Below, one piece after another: positions 41,260 to 50,381 of a stretch of DNA of 64,000 nt. The stretch comes from a bacterium. GTDB taxonomy: Bacteria; SAR324; NAC60-12. A program made the translations under genes and the position numbers. The stretch's first letter is position 1, and each line of letters opens with the position of its first letter. Location of the stretch: contig CBDBHR010000027.1 in NCBI GenBank assembly GCA_965205865.1, forward strand, positions 64,001 through 128,000. Direction: 5' to 3'. The notes beneath the pieces are model-generated. The model searched no databases, was not told where the DNA came from, and worked only from the letters and a program-made list of their open reading frames with translations.

Positions 41260-42743
41260 AGCCTTTGCAAGCGATTTTTGAATTGTCTCTGCAGCAATTG
41301 GTAGAGCGGATCAGAACCGGACGAATCAAGGCGCGCGACCTTTTGGCGTCCGTTTATGACAATATAGAACGCTATGACGGCCAATTGAACGTCTTCCTTT
41401 CCCTGGTGGACAAAAACCGGGCGATGCGATGGGCGGAAGCGATCGATGGCAAAGCCGTCAAGGGAGAGCCTTTGGGAAAGCTCGCGGGAATTCCGGTGGC
41501 CTTGAAGGACAATATTGCGATTGAGGATGCGCAACTGAAAACGACCTGCGCCTCGCGAATCCTGGAAAACTTTCAAGCGCCTTACAATGCGACGGTTGTG
41601 GAAAAGCTGCTCCGGGAAGACGCCTTGATCATAGGCAAAACCAATATGGATGAATTTGCCATGGGTTCCTCCACCGAAAATTCCGCGTATCTGCCCACCA
41701 GAAATCCCTGGAACCCGGAAAGGGTGCCGGGAGGCAGCAGTGGGGGTGCGGCCGTTTCAATTGCAACCGGCATGGCTCTGTTGGCATTGGGGTCTGATAC
41801 CGGAGGATCCATTCGGCAGCCTGCGGCCTTTTGCGGAATTACGGGGGTGAAACCCACCTACGGGAGAGTCTCTCGATATGGTTTAGTGGCCTATGGCTCT
41901 TCCCTGGACCAAATCGGATGTTTGGCAAGGAGTGCCGAAAATTGCGCCTATGGACTTTCCGTCATCCAGGGCTACGATTCCAGAGACAGCACGTCCGCGC
42001 ACGTCGATGCCATGGTGGCTCCTGAAACTATTGATTTATCCCAATTGAAATTTTGCTTCCCTCTTGAATATAGGGACGAGAAAACGGCTAGCGCGGACAT
42101 TATTGAAAGTACCGTGGAAATGGTGAGTCTCTTGAAAAAAAAAGGCGCTGTGGTGAAAGAATGCTCCCTTCCCTTCACTCGTTATCTCGTCCCCACCTAC
42201 TACATTCTGGCGTTTGCGGAAGCAAGCTCCAATCTCGGACGATTTGATGGCATCCGTTACGGAGTGAGAGAGCAAGGGGGATCGACCCTGGATTCGCTCT
42301 ATAAAAAGTCACGCAGTCAGGGATTCGGCACCGAAGTGAAACGGCGGATCATGTTGGGAACCTTCGTCCTCAGCTCCGGATATTATGACCAGTACTATGG
42401 AAAAGCCAGCAAAGTGAGGACATTGATCGAAAAGGAAGTCGAGACACTGCTCAACGAGTTTGATTTCATCATCGGGCCGGTCTCTCCTTTTCCCCCATTC
42501 AAACTTGGAGAGAAAACGGAGGATCCGCTATTGATGTATCTGGCGGACGTATACAGTGTCTTGGCCAATCTGACACGCGCCCCTGCAATTTCAATTCCAG
42601 GCAAACCTTCCCGAGAAGGTCTACCGATTGGCGTGCAACTCCTGGGGCGCAAGTTTGAGGACGCCCATCTGCTGGCGACGGCGGAGGCCATTCAAAAAAT
42701 CACCAATTACCATACCCGGCAACCCCCTGATTTCCGGAAATGA
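41256..42743 (+). CDS. gatA: Asp/Glu-tRNA amidotransferase subunit A
   Basis: KTNMDEFAMGSSTENS, GGSSGG, GSDTGGSIRQPA, EVKRRIMLGTFVLSSGYY. Confidence 0.95.
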   Translation: MKPLQAIFELSLQQLVERIRTGRIKARDLLASVYDNIERYDGQLNVFLSLVDKNRAMRWAEAIDGKAVKGEPLGKLAGIPVALKDNIAIEDAQLKTTCASRILENFQAPYNATVVEKLLREDALIIGKTNMDEFAMGSSTENSAYLPTRNPWNPERVPGGSSGGAAVSIATGMALLALGSDTGGSIRQPAAFCGITGVKPTYGRVSRYGLVAYGSSLDQIGCLARSAENCAYGLSVIQGYDSRDSTSAHVDAMVAPETIDLSQLKFCFPLEYRDEKTASADIIESTVEMVSLLKKKGAVVKECSLPFTRYLVPTYYILAFAEASSNLGRFDGIRYGVREQGGSTLDSLYKKSRSQGFGTEVKRRIMLGTFVLSSGYYDQYYGKASKVRTLIEKEVETLLNEFDFIIGPVSPFPPFKLGEKTEDPLLMYLADVYSVLANLTRAPAISIPGKPSREGLPIGVQLLGRKFEDAHLLATAEAIQKITNYHTRQPPDFRK

Positions 42744-42755
42744 GAGGAGTCCGAC

Positions 42756-43196
42756 ATGCCGGCTCACCTGAAGATTCAATGCCACCTGGAAGGCATGAGC
42801 CTACCCAGGCGCGGACACGCAAGCGACGTGGGATTGGATCTTTCCGCATACGCCTATCGGCAAATAAACGAGTCTGTATTTTTTTTTGACACCGGGATTT
42901 CGGTGCGAATTTCTCAGGGTTATTATACCGAAGTGGTACCCCGATCCAGCATCGTGAAAAGCGATTTTATGCTGGCAAACAGCGTGGGGGTGATTGATCC
43001 GGATTACCGGGGCCGGATTTTTGTCCCTTTTCGATATCTCGGTGGAGGCGACGCGAAAGCGGCGGCTGAAAAGCTGCTCAACAAACGTATCGCGCAATTG
43101 ATTGTCCGTCGTTTAGAACCTTGTACGATTGAATTTGTCGCTTCCCTGGATGAAACCGACAGGGGAATCGGAGGTTTTGGAAGCACCGGAGATTGA
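42756..43196 (+). CDS. dut: dUTP diphosphatase
   Basis: GLDL, PRSS, GVIDPDYRG, RGIGGFGSTG. Confidence 0.95.
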   Translation: MPAHLKIQCHLEGMSLPRRGHASDVGLDLSAYAYRQINESVFFFDTGISVRISQGYYTEVVPRSSIVKSDFMLANSVGVIDPDYRGRIFVPFRYLGGGDAKAAAEKLLNKRIAQLIVRRLEPCTIEFVASLDETDRGIGGFGSTGD

Positions 43197-43197
43197 A

Positions 43198-43272
43198 AGG
43201 CTTACCAGCCGGTCGATTCAACAATACCGTGGGAGGCTTCCCAGCCGATCGATTCAACAATACCGTGGGAGG
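43198..43272. repeat. 36-bp tandem duplication ending in the RBS of the next gene
   Basis: AGGCTT(A/C)CCAGCCG(G/A)TCGATTCAACAATACCGTGGG x2, then AGG. Confidence 0.9.
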
Positions 43273-43279
43273 AAAAGTC

Positions 43280-44044
43280 ATGTCCGATGCCAGCACGACC
43301 ACAACGCAACAATCAATTGCCAATCAGATTTTCAAGGTGGTGTTCGCTTTCTATTTTTTGGTCACGATGATGGTGACGACGATACTGATGCTCACGGATT
43401 ACCGTACTGCTGAAAAACAAGTTCGGGAGGAATTGGATTTGTTATATGGCGCCGCCCAAGCCGGAATAGTCGACTCTTTACGGAGGTCCGACAACAAACA
43501 ACTGCGTTTCTTCCTGGATGAAGTGGTGCAGCATCCTTCCCTGCTGGGTATCAAGATTGTTGCGCCGGATGGGCGGATACTGGCAGGCGCGGGCATCTTG
43601 GTCAACGCCAAAGAACAATCGGTGACCGTCAATTTGCAAGGACAGGAAGTGCTGGTAGGTCGCGTGATGGGAATGTTCGCGCAAACGCACAAAATTGTTT
43701 ATCAAACCGGAGAAGGAAAAGCACGACAATTGGGAGAAGCGCGCTTGTATTCCAATACCAAAATCGTCTTTCAAAATGTGCGCTTGCGCTTTATTTTGTT
43801 AGTAACAGGAGCCCTCCTCAAAACCGCAGCCCTTTGGTTGATCTTTTATTGGGTCATGCAATTCCGGATCAGTCGTCCTTTATCCCTTTTTACTTACGCG
43901 ATGAACCATCTGGAACTCGAGAATCCCGAAGAAGTCAAAGTCGACCTGCAATTGCAAGTCAGGAACGAGCTGAAGGCCTTGGAAGGCGCATACAACGGCA
44001 TGATTGACAAACTGACCCAGCTCTCGCGGAAAACTCAGGTGTAA
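43280..44044 (+). CDS. Two-TM periplasmic sensor-like protein ending after a HAMP-like domain
   Basis: TM1, periplasmic region, TM2, SRPLSLF...NELKALEGAYNGMIDKL, then stop. Confidence 0.7.
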   Translation: MSDASTTTTQQSIANQIFKVVFAFYFLVTMMVTTILMLTDYRTAEKQVREELDLLYGAAQAGIVDSLRRSDNKQLRFFLDEVVQHPSLLGIKIVAPDGRILAGAGILVNAKEQSVTVNLQGQEVLVGRVMGMFAQTHKIVYQTGEGKARQLGEARLYSNTKIVFQNVRLRFILLVTGALLKTAALWLIFYWVMQFRISRPLSLFTYAMNHLELENPEEVKVDLQLQVRNELKALEGAYNGMIDKLTQLSRKTQV

Positions 44045-44201
44045 CAGTACATTGAACCGTACCCCTCGTTTCCATCTCGACCGCAGGGAGCGATCTTCAT
44101 TCGACTTGGTATTTCCCTCGGTTCTCAAACTAACGCCATTCCGAAAAGAGGAAGCGAATCAGGAAAAAGAGGACGTCTTTGTGGACACCCTCCAACTCTG
44201 T

Positions 44202-44387
44202 CTAAATTGATGAAATGCCAAGCTGTTTACATATTTGTCGGGCGGTATGATTGTCAATTTCCGCGTGTCGGGGAATCATGGCATATTGATCCCCGGGAGC
44301 ATTACTCCATATTGAATGTTTTCCTCCTTCACGTACCATATAACAACCCGAATTGCTGAGATGACGTAGAAGCTGTCTCCGATTCAT
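44202..44387 (-). CDS. hicA: HicA family toxin
   Basis: REGGKHSIW...IPRHAEI...ICKQLGI. Confidence 0.9.
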   Translation of the reverse strand: MNRRQLLRHLSNSGCYMVREGGKHSIWSNAPGDQYAMIPRHAEIDNHTARQICKQLGISSI

Positions 44388-44632
44388 GCAGTTAAAATTT
44401 CCGTTTGATAATTTTCTCCATCACTTACGAAAGCCTGTTTATCACTCCATTTTGCCTCAGCAAATTTATGTTGTTCATCCCATTCTTCTACTAAGGAGAT
44501 CCCTTCACGAAGACGATCTTTTAGTTCCTCCAACGTTTTCTCCTGGCAAATAACGCCAGGCAATTCCCTGACCCAACCGATCCACCATTGATCGATTTGT
44601 TTAATAATCGCCGTAAATTTTTTTCGTTTCAT
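44384..44632 (-). CDS. hicB: HicB family antitoxin (short)
   Basis: FTAIIK...WWIGWVRELPGV..QEKTLEEL; ATGA overlap with hicA. Confidence 0.88.
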   Translation of the reverse strand: MKRKKFTAIIKQIDQWWIGWVRELPGVICQEKTLEELKDRLREGISLVEEWDEQHKFAEAKWSDKQAFVSDGENYQTEILTA

Positions 44633-45043
44633 GATGTTCTCCTTCTTCCGGGTTTTTAATAAGGATACGTTCCTAAAAGATCGCTTCAATTTGATCATAT
44701 TTCGTGATTATTATTAGAGTGAACAATATATGTCAACACTATATTTTGATGATAATTCGCTATATTTTGATGACTGCTTGACCATAGATTCACAGCGTTA
44801 GAAAGTGCCTGTTTTCACACCATCAAACCAACTACAGAGAACATTCGGTTCTTTAGGTTTACCAGTCCTCGAGGAACGTCGTTTCCTCCTCCGCCAGAAA
44901 GTCCTTTTCCAAGCGGGCGATCAACACAGGTTCAACCGCTCCAGTCGCATCATGATCCGGCAATAACGCGCAATCATGAGCACGCCTTTCAACTTCGGTC
45001 AGGATACGTTCCCTTTCAAGCAGTCATCTTTCGAGTCTGCTTA

Positions 45044-45201
45044 GGAACAAACCTTAAATAACCTGTAATTATTCCAATGGTGTGAGCAAAATTGGGGGAC
45101 ATGTACACCGCTGCGCATCCCAACTCTACTGTTTTATGCCTGCTGTTACGTGTACCCTAATTTTGCGTATCCATACTTCTAACTTATTTAAATTTCATTC
45201 C
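45044..45201. mobile_element. 158-bp MITE, TTA target duplication (second copy 55023-55180)
   Basis: Imperfect TIRs GGAACAAACCTTAAATAA / TTATTTAAATTTCATTCC, flanked by TTA on both sides. Confidence 0.85.
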
Positions 45202-45310
45202 TTAGTGATTTTCAACTTTCAAGGCAACATGAGCACCAACGGTAAATGACAAGAAATCGGCTTAAAACGAGGTGAACGTGGATTATTGACGTGTAGAAAA
45301 ATCTATGGTA

Positions 45311-45570
45311 ACCTGAGTTCGAGATAAGAATTTAATAAATTCAATATGTTATGGAATCTTCATATCTTAGAGAAACCTTGTCATTCCTGCAAAGCTTGTC
45401 CCTGCGAAAGCAGGGAGCAGGAATCCGGAGGTATGCAGCCAGACTGAAATCCGGATCCCCACTCCCCGCTCCCCGCTTTCGCGAGGACAGGTTTCGCGGG
45501 GACAAGTTTCGCGAGGATGACATATACACTAGGATACTCATATTATTGAAGATTTATGTCGAACACAGGT
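45311..45570 (-). mobile_element. ACCTGAGTTCG MITE, 260 bp
   Basis: TIRs; flanking direct repeat TATGGTA. Confidence 0.9.
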
Positions 45571-45756
45571 TATGGTAACAGTTTTTTGGAGAAGATCAGG
45601 AATGACGATGCGGACAACTTCAGGAAGAATGGCTGGAAAGGGAAGCGTCGTTGCGGAAGTCGTCCTTTTTGCATTATTTCATCTCAGTCTGTCGCAGCTC
45701 ACACCGAACATTCGTTGCCTTGGTTCTTGCTAAGGGGGAATATAAAAAGGTAAGCA

Positions 45757-46341
45757 ATGGTTAAAAAACTACCTGTATTTGATCCAATACCATCTGTGAA
45801 ATTAGCTTTGGATATTTTTAAAACCGCCGCAATCACAAAATTTGCTTTGATTGGCAGAATTGCTACTTGGTTCTATTTAGATAGTGATTTGCATCAATTT
45901 ACCAAAAATGTGGATTTTGCAGTTCCTTTAACTGAGATACAGTCGATTGAACAAGAGATCATTTCCCGAAAACTAAACTACAGCTACCTGTCCATTGGAG
46001 GGCTTGGCATCCGGGAACAGAAAGACATAAAAATTGATTTTATCGACAGACGTCTACGACAAACGAATCTACTGTTTGCTGAAGCCATTGAAGAAGCTCG
46101 CTCAAAAGTGATAGTAGGCAACCAAGAAGTGCCTATTGTGTCTTTAGAGCATTTAATCGTAATGAAAATGGTTTCCGGGGAACCTAAAGATGATAAAGAC
46201 GTCAAAGATTTATTAAAGGTAAAAACCATTAAATATGACATAACAAAAGCTATTGTGGAAGAATACTTAGGAGGTTATGTAGCAGATCGATTGGATATTT
46301 TTGCCGGAGAAGTAGGAATTTTAGAACCAAGAGGGCCTTAG
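45757..46341 (+). CDS. Nucleotidyltransferase-fold protein (AbiEii/DUF6036-like)
   Basis: ALIG..A....TKNVDF, IDFID, SLEHLIVMK...EPKDDKDV. Confidence 0.65.
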   Translation: MVKKLPVFDPIPSVKLALDIFKTAAITKFALIGRIATWFYLDSDLHQFTKNVDFAVPLTEIQSIEQEIISRKLNYSYLSIGGLGIREQKDIKIDFIDRRLRQTNLLFAEAIEEARSKVIVGNQEVPIVSLEHLIVMKMVSGEPKDDKDVKDLLKVKTIKYDITKAIVEEYLGGYVADRLDIFAGEVGILEPRGP

Positions 46342-46343
46342 GT

Positions 46344-47204
46344 TTATATCTTTGGATCAATTCCTGCGTTTTTCAAGATTTCTCTGAGGCTTTTTTCTGT
46401 CTCTTCCGCCTTTTTTATCGCTTCTTCTTTGTCTCGCACTGCATCTTGCTCTCTCCGCAACGCCTCTTCTTCCCTCCGCAGGGCATCTTTTTTATCTCGC
46501 AGGGCATCTTCTAAAAGTTGTTGCCTTGTTTGTTCCTCACGTATAGCATTTTGACGGGCTTGGTATAAGTGATAATCAGCTTCTTTTTCAGAAAATCTCT
46601 CTAAGACTGCCATTGCTTGCCTCATTTTAGGGGTGTTGATGATTTCGGGTAATTCCCTCCAATTCTCGGCTTCTTTAAAAAAATAGAGCCATTGCCCTTC
46701 AGGGTTCAATGTCTCGGAATACTGCCATTTCTCTAATTCTAACGTATGGATTGAACACTGATCGGACAATCGTATTTGATTTTCTTGATCCACGATTTGG
46801 AAGTGATGATGAAAGGCAGGGCTTTTGGAGAACAAATTTTCAGTCAACATCCAAATAGAAATAACCGGACGTAATTCTGAGAATCTCTCTCCGCTTTGTA
46901 TCTGGGACTGATAAATGTCACTCCAGGTATAGAGCATCCGTTCCGGCAAATAAGAAAAAACGGACAATTGAATTTCTATCTGGTAGGTCGTCTCATTTTC
47001 ATCTCTGGCTTTGACATCGACAATCGTCAGCTTGTCGGAATAAAACTCGCGTTCATTGTAGGGGTTTAGGATTTCAACTTCAGAAATAGGAGATTGTGGG
47101 GCAAGGACGCCGTTGAGGAAATCAATCAGTAAATTTTTATTTTCCTTTGCCCCCAAAATGGCTTTGAAGACACAATCGACCGTCGGAGAAATGAGATGTA
47201 GCAC
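46344..47204 (-). CDS. Rpn family nuclease, full length, divergent C-terminus
   Basis: Close paralog of 5816-6667; GTG start after GAGGAG. Confidence 0.9.
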   Translation of the reverse strand: MLHLISPTVDCVFKAILGAKENKNLLIDFLNGVLAPQSPISEVEILNPYNEREFYSDKLTIVDVKARDENETTYQIEIQLSVFSYLPERMLYTWSDIYQSQIQSGERFSELRPVISIWMLTENLFSKSPAFHHHFQIVDQENQIRLSDQCSIHTLELEKWQYSETLNPEGQWLYFFKEAENWRELPEIINTPKMRQAMAVLERFSEKEADYHLYQARQNAIREEQTRQQLLEDALRDKKDALRREEEALRREQDAVRDKEEAIKKAEETEKSLREILKNAGIDPKI

Positions 47205-47966
47205 AATGATACTCCTCAAAAAAGGGAACAAGAAACCTTTGTTTTCAATAAGTATATCAAAGCGTTTGGACAACAGCGAGACTTATTTGTTTTCTCTTTG
47301 TATCAAGGTCATTTTCCCGATTTCTCCTGATGGCTTCATGTTCAAATTTGGCAATTGTCAATCTTCGTCGAATGGTTCTCCTTTCAAAATGGTCATGGGA
47401 GGAAGGCGCCTCACGGAGGATTTGACCTCCTCCCTCGGGTGCTCCAGGAAAACAAAGAGGGTTGCCCTGGTGGAAAGGGTTTCCTCATCGGCTGCTTTTT
47501 CTTCCTGAGTAAGGCGCTGAGCTCAATTGGGTGAGGGGAGGCCTTTTTGGAGAGAATGGTTGATATCGAGAAAATTTGTCTATACTGTCGAGTTTTTCTG
47601 CGGTGCCAATCGCAAAGTGCAGGCTTGTGAGGGGGAAGGAAAACAGGTCGCGGCCTTCATCAGGGCATCATGTTTATCAGAGGGCCAACGATCAAAAAAG
47701 GCCTTGAGCCCCTTCTGAGGCCTCAAAGAGGATTAAAGAATTTCTGCTGGTCTTTCGTTTTCTTTTGTGATAGTTTTCAAGAAATAGTCTTTTGCTGAAG
47801 GTTTTATTTCAATTTCGCTAATATTAATTTAGCCGAGAGTCGTGTAAAACATCATTTCATCACCAGAGGATTTTTAGAAACTGTCGACTAGGAATTGAAA
47901 AGTGCCGGATATGTCTTAAAAAAAAATATTGATTTCCTGTTCTGGATATGAAAGAATTTGCCTTAA

Positions 47967-48115
47967 ATAATCGCTGTCGCGAAATGGTTTTTAGCCGTCT
48001 GCTGTCAGCTATCAGTTTTTGAATCATATTGATATACCGTTTTTTTTGTAAGTGAAAACGGTTAGCTGAGAACAGATAGCCTTAAATGCTTGACAACCAT
48101 TTGCAGAGCGATTAT
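47967..48115. repeat. Small inverted-repeat element (MITE-like)
   Basis: ATAATCGCTGTCGCGAAATGGTT ... AACCATTTGCAGAGCGATTAT, with an internal GCTATCAG/CAGATAGC hairpin. Confidence 0.55.
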
Positions 48116-48252
48116 ACAATATTTTATTCCAGGGACAGAAAAGCAATAATGAGATCCTTCGCTTTGCTCAGGATGACATGAAAGTCTGGAATTAACCCGT
48201 TACAAGAATAAAAAAATTGACAATAAGGTGGATATGAGAGTAAGCTTAAACA

Positions 48253-48363
48253 CCCAGTTCCCAGTTCCCAGTTCCCAGTTCCCAGTTCCCAGTTCCCAGT
48301 TCCCAGTTCCCAGTTCCCAGTTCCCAGTTCCCAGTTCCCAGTTCCCAGTTCCCAGTTCCCAGT
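48253..48363. repeat. Heptamer microsatellite (CCCAGTT) x ~16
   Basis: Perfect tandem run followed by degenerate units. Confidence 0.97.
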
Positions 48364-50381
48364 AATAAGTTCCAAGCAACAAGTCACAAGTCCCCAATCC
48401 CAAGTTCTACCCCCTTATATTATCTCGACATCAGGGAGAGATCCTTAAGATCCCTCCTTCCCCGTTCCAGAAATGGAAGGGCAATGGGGAATTTGGAAAA
48501 TCATCGGCGCCTGAGTGCGTCGGTTTATGGTTCATTGCCCAATCCTGGAGCCAATGAATCGGTTTTTTGATCACTCCAAAATGAAGGAGACCCAATGTGT
48601 AGAGGAATCCTCGACAACCTGCTTTCGGGGACGAAAGTAGTTTAAAGCAACTCGCAATCTTGTTTTTAATCAAAAAGCAGAAAGGAAAAAGATGGATAAT
48701 CAAAAAAGCAAATCAACCTTCGGTGCAACCCTGATGTCCCTCACCCTTTTGGTGGGGTTGAGCCTGGCAGGCGCCTGGTCTGCTGCGAAAATCCGATTCG
48801 CCCGATGGCGGGGGAATCGTTCTCAAAACCCTCAATTTAGAGAGGATCCCATGTTTTTTATTATGATGAAGAAATTTGTCGCCCCTCTCGTGGGGCTGAC
48901 CCCGGCAGGCTTCTGGTCTGCTGCAAAAATGCAATCCTTGTTGCTCACCCTCATTGTGAGCATCTTGGCCTTCGGGGGAAGTCTGACCGCTGCCCTTGCG
49001 GCAGAGATGGTCTGGGACCGCACCATCCGCAAGATGGTGGAAAAACCTCGCTATGGCGGAACCTTGACCTACGCCAACAATAATGAGGCGCCAAATACTG
49101 ACCCCTCGGTTGGGGGGCACGAAGCGGGATTTGCCGTTTCGGGGGTGCTGGAGAAACTCAGCATCGCGGACTGGGCCATCGACCGGAAGGTGAATGACCT
49201 GGTAAACGAGTTCCTGGCAGATGATCATTATGCACCAGCGCTGGCTGAAGGTTGGGAACAACCCGACCCCACTACGTATATCTTCCACATCCGCAAGGGG
49301 GTGCGTTGGCACAAGAAAGCCCCTTTGAATGGCCGAGAATTTACGGCACAAGATGTCGAATATAACTTTCACCGTACAACGGGTACGGGCAGCGGCTTTA
49401 GCGAACCTCCCGGCGTTAGCCAAGGACTCCCGCAGCTGGAATACGAATCGATCCGGGCGACCGACAAATATACCGTGGTTGTTAAGTTGAAGAAACCCCG
49501 CCTCGATGCGCTTACGATTCTCATCGAAGACACCTTTACCTTTATGGCCCCTCCCGAACTCATCAAGCGGGACGGGGATACGACGGATTGGCGGAAGCTG
49601 GTGGGCACCGGACCGCTGATGCTGACCGATTGGGTCGAAGGAAGCTCGATCACCTGGCAGAAAAATCCCGACTACTGGGGGGTCGACGAGAAGTTCCCAC
49701 AGAACCGCTTGCCCTATATTGATACCTTGAGGAGCCTGATCATACCGGATGAATCAGCCCGCGTCGCGGCCATGCGCTCGGGGAAGGTGGATTATATCGG
49801 TCACCAATCCAGATCGGCCCTCAAAGTCCCTGACATCGTGGAGAGCCTCCGGCGGACCAATCCCGACCTCCAAGTGCATGCGTATTATTTTCGCTCGAAT
49901 AACGGGATGGCCTATGATGTGACCAAGCCGCCCTTTAACGACATCCGGGTGCGCAAAGCCCTGCAACTGGCCCTGGATCTCGAAACCATCCACAAGGCCT
50001 TTTATAAAGGATTATCCATTGCGACCCCGCAAGGGATAACTGGGCATTTTCAGACCCAGTTTACGGTCCATTATGATCAGTGGCCCGAGGAAATCAAAGC
50101 GGGCTATCGCTACGACCCGGAGGCGGCAGAGAAGCTGCTGGATGAGGCCGGCTACCCGCGGGGCGCGGATGGTATGCGCTTTTCGACGAAACTGGATGGC
50201 GCCACGCACAACGGCTTCATTCTGGATTATTGGGCCATCGTCCAGGATTACTGGCGCAAAATTGGCATTCAGTCAGAAGTGATAGTCCATGAAATCCCAG
50301 ATTGGGTTGCTCGGGTTCGAAACCATACATTTGAAGGCATGACCTGGGCGATTGCGGCCGGCCCCTATCACCCTTTATCTA

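Noticed and set aside
43198-43272. 36-bp repeat as a mini-CRISPR
   Set aside because: The two copies abut with no spacer.
48124-48403. ORFs encoding (GNWELGT)n
   Set aside because: By-product of the heptamer microsatellite; no RBS or non-repeat domain.
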